The notes: generated from the letters alone by a model not told the origin. Counted from the stretch's first letter, positions 8,420 to 17,672 are shown. The stretch is DNA of 64,000 bases from Muribaculaceae bacterium (GCA_017620635.1 JAGAUV010000008.1:13883-77882); one strand, 5' to 3'. Made by a program: numbers and translations.

Positions 8420-9825
8420 CATCCGGTCATTATCACGATATACTTTCCTACCTCAGAGATCTGACGGCCGGCACCGGATGGGAGGGACATCTCTTTGCCG
8501 TAGGCGGTTGCTGTCGCGATGAGATTATCGGATGCGAGATCAAAGACATAGATCTTGCCGTATCATTGCCTGGTGGCGGCATCGATTTTGCCGAATGGAT
8601 TTATAAGAATAAACTCGCCGTAAAGGAACCGGTTAAATTTCCGGTTTTCGGCACAGCTATGTTCAGGCTCCGCGAATTTCCTGATGACGAGATAGAAATC
8701 GTTCAGACAAGAGCCGAGAAATATACCGATTCCACAAGCCGCGACCCTATTACCGTATTCGGTTCAATAGAATCCGACTGCCGCCGTCGCGATCTTACCA
8801 TAAACGCCCTGTATTACGACATAAGCAGGCAGAAGGTGCTCGACATACTCGGCTGCAGTATCGACGATATCCACAACCATGTCATTCGCACGCCCGACGA
8901 TCCCGATTCTACTTTCGATGACGATCCCGTGCGCATCCTGCGTGCTGTCAGACTTGCCACACGTTACAGCTGGGATATAGAGCCGGATACATATAACGCA
9001 TTAAAGACCAATATACATCGTCTCGAAATCGTCCGTAAAGAACGCATGCAGGCCGAGTTCGACAAGATGCTCAACGGCGCCAACCCGTCCCGTGCGATGG
9101 AGATGCTGCGCGACATAGGCGCTATGCAGTACGTCATGCCCGAGCTCGTACCGATGTTCGACCTTAAGCAAAACGACAATCATGTAGGCACCGTATGGGA
9201 GCACACGATGGCTGTTATCGACAAGTTGCCGCCTGTGCCGGTGCTTCGCATGGCCGGCCTTCTGCATGAGATGGGCAAGACTGTCGGCTCATATACCGGG
9301 CGCGACGGACGTATACATTTTACCGGTCACGAGCGCCGTGGCAGAGGCCTGATCGTAAATGCGTTGCGCCGATTACGCTACGACTCCACATTTATCGACA
9401 AGGTATTGTTCCTCATAGTCAACCATAAAGCGACGAAAACATGGGGCGCGAAAGCCGAAAACATGAATCCGGCAAACCTCCGAAGGCTGCAGTATCGCTG
9501 CGCGTCGCGTGAGCGCCTCAACAGATTGCTGACTCTTATCGATGCCGACAACCGCTCTTTTGCGCCCGGACACGGCATGCCCGAACAGGTAGATATCATA
9601 CGCAAGGCTGCTGCCGAAATGGACCGCAACCACACGTCGATGTACAATTACCGCCAGCCTATATCACAGGGGAAAATACGAAAGCTCAAAGGACTTGGGC
9701 CCGATGATGATATCAAGCCCTACTGCGACTTTGTGATGAAGGAGGTTTTCGCCGATCCGAAGATATCGAAAGATATCATCCGCAGGAAACTGATGCTCTA
9801 CCGGCCCGGTAAGAGAGACAGCTGA
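8416..9825 (+). CDS. Class II tRNA nucleotidyltransferase (CCA-adding/poly(A) polymerase family) with HD-like domain
   Basis: VGGCCRD, DIDL, RRDLTINAL, DDPVRILRAVR, ERMQAEFDK; the HD position reads LLHEMGK. Confidence 0.88.
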   Translation: MTSGHYHDILSYLRDLTAGTGWEGHLFAVGGCCRDEIIGCEIKDIDLAVSLPGGGIDFAEWIYKNKLAVKEPVKFPVFGTAMFRLREFPDDEIEIVQTRAEKYTDSTSRDPITVFGSIESDCRRRDLTINALYYDISRQKVLDILGCSIDDIHNHVIRTPDDPDSTFDDDPVRILRAVRLATRYSWDIEPDTYNALKTNIHRLEIVRKERMQAEFDKMLNGANPSRAMEMLRDIGAMQYVMPELVPMFDLKQNDNHVGTVWEHTMAVIDKLPPVPVLRMAGLLHEMGKTVGSYTGRDGRIHFTGHERRGRGLIVNALRRLRYDSTFIDKVLFLIVNHKATKTWGAKAENMNPANLRRLQYRCASRERLNRLLTLIDADNRSFAPGHGMPEQVDIIRKAAAEMDRNHTSMYNYRQPISQGKIRKLKGLGPDDDIKPYCDFVMKEVFADPKISKDIIRRKLMLYRPGKRDS

Positions 9826-10602
9826 TCAGTCTGTGTCGAATCTGTCGGCAAGAGGCTTGATCATATCTGTGGCAGATTGATCGCTCTTTACCGGTACTAT
9901 CGTTATATATCGCCTGCGCAGCCAGTACTCGTCGGTATCTTCCGCTTCCGGCTCGAAATTGACAAACTTGCCTGTAAGCCAGTAGAACGGAATGCCCTGA
10001 GGGTCAAGGTAACGTTTGTAACCGTCCACCCACTTGCCTCGTGTCGCTCTGCATACCCGTATACCCTCAGGCATGACTCGTGCCGGGATATTGACATTGA
10101 GACACACTCCGTCTGGCAGACCGGATGCAAGTACATCGGCAACTATTTTGGCGACAAAAGCGGTCGAGAATTTGAAATCAGCCTTAAGTGAGTGATGTAA
10201 CAACGAAAAGCCTACCGACGGTATACCCTCGATACATCCCTCCAGTACGGCGCCCATCGTGCCCGAGTATGTAACATTGACACCCGAGTTGGACCCATGG
10301 TTGATTCCGGCCAATACTATGTCGGGTCTACGCGGAACGATAGCGTGTAGTGCAAGCTTGACGCAGTCTACCGGCGTGCCGTCAACCGTAAACATGCGTA
10401 CACCCTCTTTATCGCAGGGATACTCGTTGATTCGCAAAGGTGCGCCGACTGTCATAGCGGCCGACTGTCCCGAATGTGGGTGTGCCGGTGCCACTACATA
10501 GACATCGCCCATCGAACGCACACAATCGGCCAGATGGTGTACTCCTGGGGCGTTGATACTGTCATCGTTGCTTATAAGTATTAGCGGACGGGGTGTTTCC
10601 AT
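9826..10602 (-). CDS. surE: 5'/3'-nucleotidase SurE
   Basis: SNDDS..APG, GTPVDCV, GINHG.N, YSGTMGA. Confidence 0.96.
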   Translation of the reverse strand: METPRPLILISNDDSINAPGVHHLADCVRSMGDVYVVAPAHPHSGQSAAMTVGAPLRINEYPCDKEGVRMFTVDGTPVDCVKLALHAIVPRRPDIVLAGINHGSNSGVNVTYSGTMGAVLEGCIEGIPSVGFSLLHHSLKADFKFSTAFVAKIVADVLASGLPDGVCLNVNIPARVMPEGIRVCRATRGKWVDGYKRYLDPQGIPFYWLTGKFVNFEPEAEDTDEYWLRRRYITIVPVKSDQSATDMIKPLADRFDTD

Positions 10603-10645
10603 AATGTGTTGATCTTGTAAGTTATGTATTCAGACTCCCTTTTAT

Positions 10646-10669
10646 AACACTTGAGATACCCCAAATGTT
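10646..10669 (-). promoter_or_regulatory. AAC-N18-GTT promoter candidate upstream of surE
   Basis: Minus strand cAAC atttggggtatctcaagt GTTata, about 44 nt before the surE ATG. Confidence 0.55.
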
Positions 10670-10689
10670 GACCCGTCTGAAGCCCTCCG

Positions 10690-12078
10690 TTACCGAGACG
10701 CGATATCAGCCTCTATGGCATCGATATCGGCCGACAGTTTCTTGTCGTGCTCTATGCGGTTTTCGATAGCCTGACATCCATGTATCACGGTCGCATGTGT
10801 GCGGTCGAGCTTTTGTCCGATGGTCGACAATGGCAGCTTGACAAGCTTCTTGGCAAGGAACATTACCACCTGACGCGCGTCTGACACCTCACGGCGGCGG
10901 CTCTTGGTAAACAACAGATCCGGACTGATGCCGTAATGACTCGACACCGCGTCGGCGACCATCTCGAAATTGACCTGATGACGCTTGATCTTTACCGCAT
11001 TCGACATCACACGCTTGGCAAGGTCGAGCGATATGTCGCGGTTGAGTACGGTTGCATGTGCAACAAGCGACACGACAACGCCCTCAAGCTCCCTGACACT
11101 TTGTGTCACGTTGGCGGCTATAAATTCCGAAACCTCCGAGGGCAGTATCAGGCCATCGCTGTCTGCCTTGAGCTTCAGAACATTTCGCCTCAATGCGATA
11201 TCCGGGCGCTCAAGTTCTACCTGCATGCCCCATTTGAAGCGGCTGAGAAGACGGGCCTCGAATCCTTCCATCTCGCTTGGCGCACAGTCGCTCGACATGA
11301 TTATCTGGCGGTCGTGCTGATGCAGATGGTTGAATATATGGAAGAACGTATTCTGTGTGCCCGGCATATTCTGCAGGTCCTGGATATCATCGATGATCAG
11401 CGTGTCTATGCTCTGATAGAAATGGAAGAAGTCATTGATGTTTTTGGCTGCCGCGGCTGTATACTGGCTCTGGAAGAGGCGGGCGGTAACATACAGCACA
11501 CGGGCCTTGGGATTGCGCTCTTTTATACGTATGCCTATAGCCTGTATGAGATGTGTCTTGCCCACGCCCGACGGCCCGAACACGAAAAGTGGGTTGAACG
11601 TCTTTAGCGAAGGATTCTCGGCTATGGCCTCGCCTATCGATCGGGCTATCTTGTTGCTGTCGCTTTCGCAGTAATTCTCGAAAGTATAGCGTGGATTTAG
11701 CTGAGGATCAAAGTCCTGACGGCTCGTCGGCGCAAACGGGTTGGCCGGGCCGACTTTGCTCTGCTCCATTATCGACGGCGACGGTTCCGAGCCTTTCTGG
11801 AATGACATCGATTCCGGGTCATCCTTTTTGATAGGATATAGGAACTCGATATGGACACCGGTTCCATAGACCTTCTTGACGCCGGCTCGCAGCAATGGCA
11901 GATAGCGTGCTTCGATCTGTTCGATAAAGAATACGGACGGCACCAGAAGCTTGAGTTCCCCGTTTTCATAACTTACTGAAGTCATGTCGCGGAACCAAGT
12001 CTCGAATTGCTGAGGCGTCAGATTGTCTTTGATAAAATCACGACAAGACGCCCATAGTTCTTGGTGAGTCTGATTCAT
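10690..12078 (-). CDS. dnaA: Chromosomal replication initiator DnaA
   Basis: LNPRYTFENY, NPLFVFGPSGVGKTHL, IIDDIQ, RLLSRF, RELEG, RTHATVIH. Confidence 0.98.
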   Translation of the reverse strand: MNQTHQELWASCRDFIKDNLTPQQFETWFRDMTSVSYENGELKLLVPSVFFIEQIEARYLPLLRAGVKKVYGTGVHIEFLYPIKKDDPESMSFQKGSEPSPSIMEQSKVGPANPFAPTSRQDFDPQLNPRYTFENYCESDSNKIARSIGEAIAENPSLKTFNPLFVFGPSGVGKTHLIQAIGIRIKERNPKARVLYVTARLFQSQYTAAAAKNINDFFHFYQSIDTLIIDDIQDLQNMPGTQNTFFHIFNHLHQHDRQIIMSSDCAPSEMEGFEARLLSRFKWGMQVELERPDIALRRNVLKLKADSDGLILPSEVSEFIAANVTQSVRELEGVVVSLVAHATVLNRDISLDLAKRVMSNAVKIKRHQVNFEMVADAVSSHYGISPDLLFTKSRRREVSDARQVVMFLAKKLVKLPLSTIGQKLDRTHATVIHGCQAIENRIEHDKKLSADIDAIEADIASR

Positions 12079-12330
12079 TACCGATTATGCTTTATACGAA
12101 TACAAAATTCTTAATATTTTTCTGAAAAAACAAATGACGAAATATTTGGAATTTCGAATTATTGTGCAACTGCGTTTATTACAATTAGTTACACCATTTT
12201 TAACATATTGCGCTATGTGTATTATGTAAGCGTTTGACAGATAGTCGTTTATTACCGCGTCACACTTCCGTAACATCACTTATTTCCACCTCTCAACAGC
12301 GGCTCAATTATCTCTGCAAGGCTTTTTGTA

Positions 12331-12381
12331 TTAAAAACGGCAGCTGGTGCTTATTTAAAGTAATTTTAAATAAGCACCAGC
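12331..12381 (-). terminator. Strong intrinsic terminator after mlaD
   Basis: Perfect 17-bp inverted repeat gctggtgcttatttaaa (12343-12359 / 12365-12381), then a T-run on the minus strand. Confidence 0.75.
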
Positions 12382-12399
12382 CTGAGCGGAATATCGTTA

Positions 12400-13302
12400 T
12401 CAGAAAACCTTGATGCTTATATAGCGCTTCGGATTACGCTTGATATCAACAAAGAGAGAGTCAAGCGATGCCACTGTAGCATTCAGATTGTCGTACAGCG
12501 CCGGGTCGTTGAGCAGCTTGCCTACCGACGAATCGCGATTGTTGAGTTGGGCGGTAAGCTCGTTCAGGTTGGCGATTGTAGCCTGTATGTTGTTGGCGAT
12601 GCTGTCGATAGGCGCCTCGCGCAGTCGGCCTGTCACAGCTGTAAGATCGCCGGTCATCGTGTCTACATTCGAAGTGATATTCTTAACATTGTCTACCACC
12701 GGGCCCAGCGAGGATGTGGCCTTGTTGAGCGAGCGGAGTGTGGCGTTGAGTTCGGCGGTAATGCCGTCAAGTCGTTTAAGGCTTGTGGCAAGAGCCGGAT
12801 CTGCGACAAGAGTGTTGAGGCTTGTCAGCAATGTATCCACTTTAGGAACGATAGCGTTGACGGCCGGGAGAAGATTCTCGCTCAGCGCTGCCATCATGCC
12901 GGCGTTGAGCTGGCCCGGAATGGTATCGCCTATCGCATACATGCCTTCGGCCGGATTACCGAGTTTGAGCGAGATCGAGGCGGTACCCAGCAGATCGCTG
13001 CCAAGCGATGCTGTCGAGCCCTTGGGTAGACGGAGCGACTTGTCTACACTCATCTCTACTATCACATTGCCAGGTCGATTGTAGTCATAGCTTATCGATC
13101 TCACGAGACCTATCTTATATCCGTTGAGCGTTACAGGCGCCGACACGGCAAGGCCTTCTACATTATTGTAACTTGCGTAATAATAGTTTGCAGCTTTAAA
13201 GATATTGACTCCCTTGAGGAAATTGATGCCGAAATAAAGTAAGACAAGCGCCAGTATCACAAGCAGGCCTATCATCACTTCCCTACGAAAAATTTGTTTC
13301 AT
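12400..13302 (-). CDS. MlaD/MCE family protein
   Basis: N-terminal transmembrane segment, VEGL..SAPVTLNGYKIGLV, helical C-terminus ending DIKRNPKRYI. Confidence 0.92.
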   Translation of the reverse strand: MKQIFRREVMIGLLVILALVLLYFGINFLKGVNIFKAANYYYASYNNVEGLAVSAPVTLNGYKIGLVRSISYDYNRPGNVIVEMSVDKSLRLPKGSTASLGSDLLGTASISLKLGNPAEGMYAIGDTIPGQLNAGMMAALSENLLPAVNAIVPKVDTLLTSLNTLVADPALATSLKRLDGITAELNATLRSLNKATSSLGPVVDNVKNITSNVDTMTGDLTAVTGRLREAPIDSIANNIQATIANLNELTAQLNNRDSSVGKLLNDPALYDNLNATVASLDSLFVDIKRNPKRYISIKVF

Positions 13303-13313
13303 TACTCGGTATA

Positions 13314-14132
13314 TTAGTTTTTATTATTCTTTATCGATATGTGTCTCGTGCGGTAATCCTTTATCGCCGACGAGATCGCTTTAGCACATTTTGCACGGCC
13401 CTCGTTCGAGCCAAGAAATTTCTCGGCCGACGGATTGCATATGAAGTCCAGCTCTATCAGCACCGATGGCATACGGGTTGCCCACAGTACGAGGAATCCG
13501 GCCTGCCGGACTCCCTTGTCGGCTCTCCCGGCGTTTTGTACGAGCTCGTTCTGCACCATCGATGCAAATTCAACACTTTTCTCCATATGGCGGTTCTGTG
13601 TCAGCTCGAATATTATATACGACTCCGACGAGTTGGGATCGAAGCCCTGATATGTTGTGCTGAAATCCTCCTCAAGCTCGATTACCGCGTTTTCACGCAT
13701 TGCCACCTCGAGGTTGGCCTCGCTCTTGTGCAGTCCCACCGTATACACCGATGCTCCGTGCACCTTTTCCCGTCCTCTGCTGCGGCGGTCTATCGAATTG
13801 ACATGCACGGAGACAAACAGATCGGCGCCGGCTTCATTGGCTTTCGAAGCGCGGTCCTGTAGCGCTACTGCCCGGTCGTCGGTTCGTGTATATACCACTT
13901 TAACGCTGTCGCCCAGACTTTCCTTGAGCATCTTGCCTGCTCGCAGTGCTACATCGAGAGTGATGTTTTTCTCGCGCTGGCTCTTGCCTCGGCATCCCTG
14001 GTCTTTGCCTCCGTGGCCGGCATCAAGTACAACGACAAACGGACGGTCATTACCTTCCGCATGTGCGACGCTCGAGCAGGCAGCCATTATTATGACTCCA
14101 AGCATAAGCAATATGTGCTTGATATCTGGCAT
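13314..14132 (-). CDS. N-acetylmuramoyl-L-alanine amidase (Amidase_3)
   Basis: VVLDAGHGGKD, FVSVHVNS, MPSVLIE. Start refined to ATG 14132, downstream of a TAAATTTG box. Confidence 0.93.
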   Translation of the reverse strand: MPDIKHILLMLGVIIMAACSSVAHAEGNDRPFVVVLDAGHGGKDQGCRGKSQREKNITLDVALRAGKMLKESLGDSVKVVYTRTDDRAVALQDRASKANEAGADLFVSVHVNSIDRRSRGREKVHGASVYTVGLHKSEANLEVAMRENAVIELEEDFSTTYQGFDPNSSESYIIFELTQNRHMEKSVEFASMVQNELVQNAGRADKGVRQAGFLVLWATRMPSVLIELDFICNPSAEKFLGSNEGRAKCAKAISSAIKDYRTRHISIKNNKN

Positions 14133-14242
14133 ATCGTGTTTGGTTCTTTTCAAATTGCAAATTTAGCACTTTTTCCGCCAATATCATTGTCCTTTTGGTC
14201 GAAAATATAAACACTTTTGGCCCCCTAGCGTTTAATCTTGAT

Positions 14243-14283
14243 AAAAAAAGCATCGGTCGGCGTAGACATTGCACACCGACCGA
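14243..14283 (-). terminator. Intrinsic terminator after the Hc1-like gene
   Basis: Minus strand tcggtcggtgt-loop-acgccgaccga followed by a T7 tract. Confidence 0.75.
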
Positions 14284-14304
14284 CCTTAGAACTTGAATAG
14301 CTGC

Positions 14305-14478
14305 TTATTTTGCGGCTTCGAGAGATGCCTTGCGGAACTCTTTCATGAGTTTCTCAAGCTGAAGAGATGCCTTGCGGGCACGGGTTCCGGCGGCTTTGTT
14401 GCCTTTTTCTTGCTGAAGAGCTGCGTCTGCGCTGAATGCCTCGTAAGCAGCTTTAATCTGCTGGAGTAATGATTCCAT
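14305..14478 (-). CDS. Histone H1-like (Hc1 family) small DNA-binding protein, 57 aa; absent from ORF track
   Basis: Manual translation: MESLLQQIKAAYEAFSADAALQQEKGNKAAGTRARKASLQLEKLMKEFRKASLEAAK; GNKAAGTRARK signature. Confidence 0.9.
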   Translation of the reverse strand: MESLLQQIKAAYEAFSADAALQQEKGNKAAGTRARKASLQLEKLMKEFRKASLEAAK

Positions 14479-14517
14479 GGACTAAAATTTTTTAAGTTGA
14501 AAATATGTTGATGTTCT

Positions 14518-15189
14518 CTATATTTCGTCTTCGTATTCTGTCGTATCTGTGATTCCGGCTTCGGCGAGTGCCTGACGGCGCTCTCGGCATGTGCCGCAGC
14601 GGCCGCAGTGCTTCTCCTGTCCGCGATAGCATGAATATGTGGTGGAATAGTCTATGCCGAGGCGCTTGCCCCTGAGTGCTATATCCGATTTTTTGAGCAA
14701 TGTGTAAGGTGCCTTTACCGTAATGCCTTCATATGTGCCGGCCTTGATGGCTTCCGACATTGCCTTCACAAATGCTTCACGGCAGTCGGGATAAAGCGCG
14801 TGATCACCGGCATGATTGGCGATCATGAGCACTGTCAGACCACGGCTCTCGGCCAGGCCTGCGGCGGCGGCAAGCATGATGCCGTTTCTGAACGGTACGA
14901 CGGTCGATTTCATGTTGTCGAAATCGTAGTCCCCTTCGGGTATTGCGTCGGGACCTTCGAGCAGCGAGCTGTGGAACAGCCGGCCGATAAACGACAGGTC
15001 GACCTCTACAAGCTCTATCCCCAGCTGTTCGCAGTGATAGCGTGCGCACTCAAGCTCGCGCTGGTTGTGATTCGAGCCATAGGTAAAGTTCACGGCAAGA
15101 TCGATTTCGTTGGCATACTCGTGGAGCATGGTCACGGAGTCCATGCCGCCGGACAATACCATTAGTGCGTTTTTAATTGTTCTGCTCAT
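14518..15189 (-). CDS. queC: 7-cyano-7-deazaguanine synthase
   Basis: SGGMDS, VPFRNG, YPDCR, TYSCY..CGRCGTC. Confidence 0.96.
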   Translation of the reverse strand: MSRTIKNALMVLSGGMDSVTMLHEYANEIDLAVNFTYGSNHNQRELECARYHCEQLGIELVEVDLSFIGRLFHSSLLEGPDAIPEGDYDFDNMKSTVVPFRNGIMLAAAAGLAESRGLTVLMIANHAGDHALYPDCREAFVKAMSEAIKAGTYEGITVKAPYTLLKKSDIALRGKRLGIDYSTTYSCYRGQEKHCGRCGTCRERRQALAEAGITDTTEYEDEI

Positions 15190-15196
15190 ATGCCGT

Positions 15197-15670
15197 TCAG
15201 AATTTATCGGGGAATACTGCCAGCAGACGTGCTCTTACCATATCCTGGTGGGCACTGTCGCCATAGTTCGCGAATGGTATGATGGAGATGCCGCCGCGTG
15301 GATTGAAAAGTCCGCGCACCTCTATATAGCGTGGGCGCATCAGGGCGATAAGATCCTTCATGATGATATTGACGCAGTCTTCGTGAAAATCACCGTGGTT
15401 GCGGAAGCTGAATAGATAAAGCTTTAGGCTTTTGCTCTCAACCATATCCTCATCGGGTATATAGTTGATAATTATGCGGCCGTAGTCCGGCTGTCCCGTT
15501 TTCGGACACAAGGATGTGAACTCCGGGCAGTCAAGACTTACCAGATAGTCATGCTCGATATGTTTGTTCTTGAAGGTCTCAAGCAACTCCGGTGCATAGT
15601 CGGTAGGATATTTCGTACCGGCGCTGCCAAGTAGGGTGCATGTCGACAATTCTTCTGTTTTACGAGACAT
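15197..15670 (-). CDS. queF: preQ0 reductase QueF (type I)
   Basis: [33 protein letters not shown]. Confidence 0.97.
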   Translation of the reverse strand: MSRKTEELSTCTLLGSAGTKYPTDYAPELLETFKNKHIEHDYLVSLDCPEFTSLCPKTGQPDYGRIIINYIPDEDMVESKSLKLYLFSFRNHGDFHEDCVNIIMKDLIALMRPRYIEVRGLFNPRGGISIIPFANYGDSAHQDMVRARLLAVFPDKF

Positions 15671-15741
15671 AATGATTAATAATCCTGTATTTACCCTCTC
15701 CGAGCGGCGAGGTGCATACTCTTTCCTTTAAATTTATTTTG

Positions 15742-15749
15742 CAAACATA
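15742..15749 (-). promoter_or_regulatory. -7 box (TATGTTTG) of the queF-queC-hc1 unit
   Basis: TAnnTTTG match about 70 nt upstream of the queF ATG. Confidence 0.55.
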
Positions 15750-15854
15750 CTAATTTTTCGTCAATCCGCAAAAAAATAGCTTGTTTTGAACAAAAAAATT
15801 ACGCCGGCAAGCAAAAAAATCGACTTTTTAGCCTGCTCAGGCACCTGTTTGGCC

Positions 15855-16760
15855 TCAGATTATGCCGCGAAGATCCATTAACCGCGTCACTCCGTGGCGC
15901 TCGCAGTACGCTTTAAGGCCTTCTATGATCTCTATTGTCACTCTTGGATTGATGAAGTTGGCCGTGCCGACTTCTATGGCGCTTGCGCCGGCCATTATGA
16001 ACTCAAGAGCGTCGTTGGCGTTCATAATGCCGCCGAGACCGACTACAGGTATTCCTACTGCATGGGCTACCTGCCATACCATACGCACGGCGACCGGTTT
16101 TACCGCCGGTCCCGAAAGTCCGCCTGTGATTGTCGAAAGCATCGGGCGGCGACGTTCTACATCTATAGCCATGCCGAGCAAGGTATTGATAAGCGAAACA
16201 GAGTCCGCGCCGGCATCTTCTACCGACTTGGCTATTTCGACGATCGAGGTAACATTGGGCGACAGCTTGACGATCAGATGACGTGGCCACACATTACGGA
16301 CAGCCGACACCACGTCATGTGCGCCTGAGCATGTTGTGCCGAATGCCATGCCGCCCTGCTTCACATTGGGGCATGAGATATTGAGCTCGATAGCCTTGAG
16401 GCCTTCAAGTTCGGCAAGGCGCTCCGAGCAGGCTACATAATCTTCTATACGCGCGCCCGACACATTTACTACCGGCACCGACTTGCAGTCCTTGATCGAT
16501 GGCCAGATATCTTCTATGAAATGCTCTACTCCGCCGTTCTGGAGGCCGACACAGTTCAGCATTCCCATCGGGGTTTCGGCCATTCGGGGATAATCGTTTC
16601 CCTGACGGGCCTCAAGGGTAGTGCCCTTCACGACAAAACCGCCAAGTGAATCCAGATCGATAAAGTCCGAATACTCTGTGCCGAATCCAAATGTACCTGA
16701 TGCCGTCAGCACCGGGTTCTGTAGCTCAAGATCTTTGAGCTTAGTTGATAAATCTACCAT
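15855..16760 (-). CDS. pyrD: Dihydroorotate dehydrogenase B, catalytic subunit
   Basis: ASGTFGFG, ELNISCPNV, KLSPN, GGLSGPAVKP. Confidence 0.97.
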   Translation of the reverse strand: MVDLSTKLKDLELQNPVLTASGTFGFGTEYSDFIDLDSLGGFVVKGTTLEARQGNDYPRMAETPMGMLNCVGLQNGGVEHFIEDIWPSIKDCKSVPVVNVSGARIEDYVACSERLAELEGLKAIELNISCPNVKQGGMAFGTTCSGAHDVVSAVRNVWPRHLIVKLSPNVTSIVEIAKSVEDAGADSVSLINTLLGMAIDVERRRPMLSTITGGLSGPAVKPVAVRMVWQVAHAVGIPVVGLGGIMNANDALEFIMAGASAIEVGTANFINPRVTIEIIEGLKAYCERHGVTRLMDLRGII

Positions 16761-17518
16761 GTCAGCTGATCAAATTTAAAGACTGGACCTTCTTTGCATA
16801 CGCATACATTGCCCTTCACTGTCTTTTCCACACAGCACAGGCAGGCTCCGAGTCCGCATGCCATCATATTCTCGAGTGATACTTCGCCTTCTGTTCCTCG
16901 CGACACAGCGTCTTTGAGGCAGGCTTTCATCATTGGCTTGGGGCCGCATACCTGTATATAGTCTTTCGCTTTGCCGAAATCAGGATGTGCGGTCACAAGT
17001 CCGTGGAATCCGGCGCTGCCATCATCCGTGCATACCTTTATATCGCACACCTCGGCGAAGCGGTCGATTATTGCCTGGTCGGGTGCCGTGCGCATGCCGA
17101 AGATTACCTCCGTTTCCACGCCTTTCTTCACAAGCTCGCAGGCCTGATAGTAAAGAGGAGCTATACCTACGCCACCGCCCACAAGAAGCACCTTGCTGCC
17201 GGGTGCGAAATCACTTCTGAAGCCTTGCCCGAGTGGTCCGATAACTCTCAGTGTGTCACCAGCCTCGTAGTCGCGGAGAGCCTTGGTTGCTCGGCCTATA
17301 GGGGCTACAAGGAGTTCCAGGGTGCGGTCAGTCCTGTTGTAGATCGATATCGGTCGGTTGAGAAGCACTTCCGAGCGGTCTACTCCTACTTCGACAAACT
17401 GGCCCGGATTCATCATTGGCATAAGGCTGCCGTCGGCTTGCGACAAGATAAGCCAAAGCCAGCCCGAGGGTAGATGCTCTACCCTCTCAAGCCTCAGTAT
17501 CATCTCATACTTTTTCAT
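16754..17518 (-). CDS. pyrK: Dihydroorotate dehydrogenase electron-transfer subunit
   Basis: RPISI, GPLG.GF, GGGVGIAP, CGPKPM, MACGLGACLCC...C. Confidence 0.95.
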   Translation of the reverse strand: MKKYEMILRLERVEHLPSGWLWLILSQADGSLMPMMNPGQFVEVGVDRSEVLLNRPISIYNRTDRTLELLVAPIGRATKALRDYEAGDTLRVIGPLGQGFRSDFAPGSKVLLVGGGVGIAPLYYQACELVKKGVETEVIFGMRTAPDQAIIDRFAEVCDIKVCTDDGSAGFHGLVTAHPDFGKAKDYIQVCGPKPMMKACLKDAVSRGTEGEVSLENMMACGLGACLCCVEKTVKGNVCVCKEGPVFKFDQLTW

Positions 17519-17526
17519 AGATATTA

Positions 17527-17559
17527 CAAAAAGCCGATGGCAATGATTTGCTATCGGCT
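17527..17559 (-). terminator. Hairpin/terminator between tRNA-Met and pyrK
   Basis: Minus strand AGCCGATAGCAA-ATCA-TTGCCATCGGCT followed by TTTTG. Confidence 0.65.
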
Positions 17560-17583
17560 ATATGATGTGATTGGTTTATTAAG

Positions 17584-17660
17584 TGGTGGCGGGAACGAGA
17601 ATTGAACTCGTGACCTCCGGGTTATGAATCCGACGCTCTAACCAACTGAGCTATCCCGCC
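17584..17660 (-). tRNA. tRNA-Met (CAT), elongator type, CCA encoded
   Basis: GGCGGGATAGCTCAGTTGGTTAGAGCGTCGGATTCATAACCCGGAGGTCACGAGTTCAATTCTCGTTCCCGCCACCA folds as a cloverleaf with G1-C72 paired. Confidence 0.95.
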
Positions 17661-17672
17661 GTTTTGCGACTG

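Noticed and set aside
12204-12232. dif-like string (tgcgcta tgtgta ttatgtaag) upstream of dnaA
   Set aside because: The XerC arm is out of register and the XerD arm has several mismatches; likely chance in AT-rich DNA.
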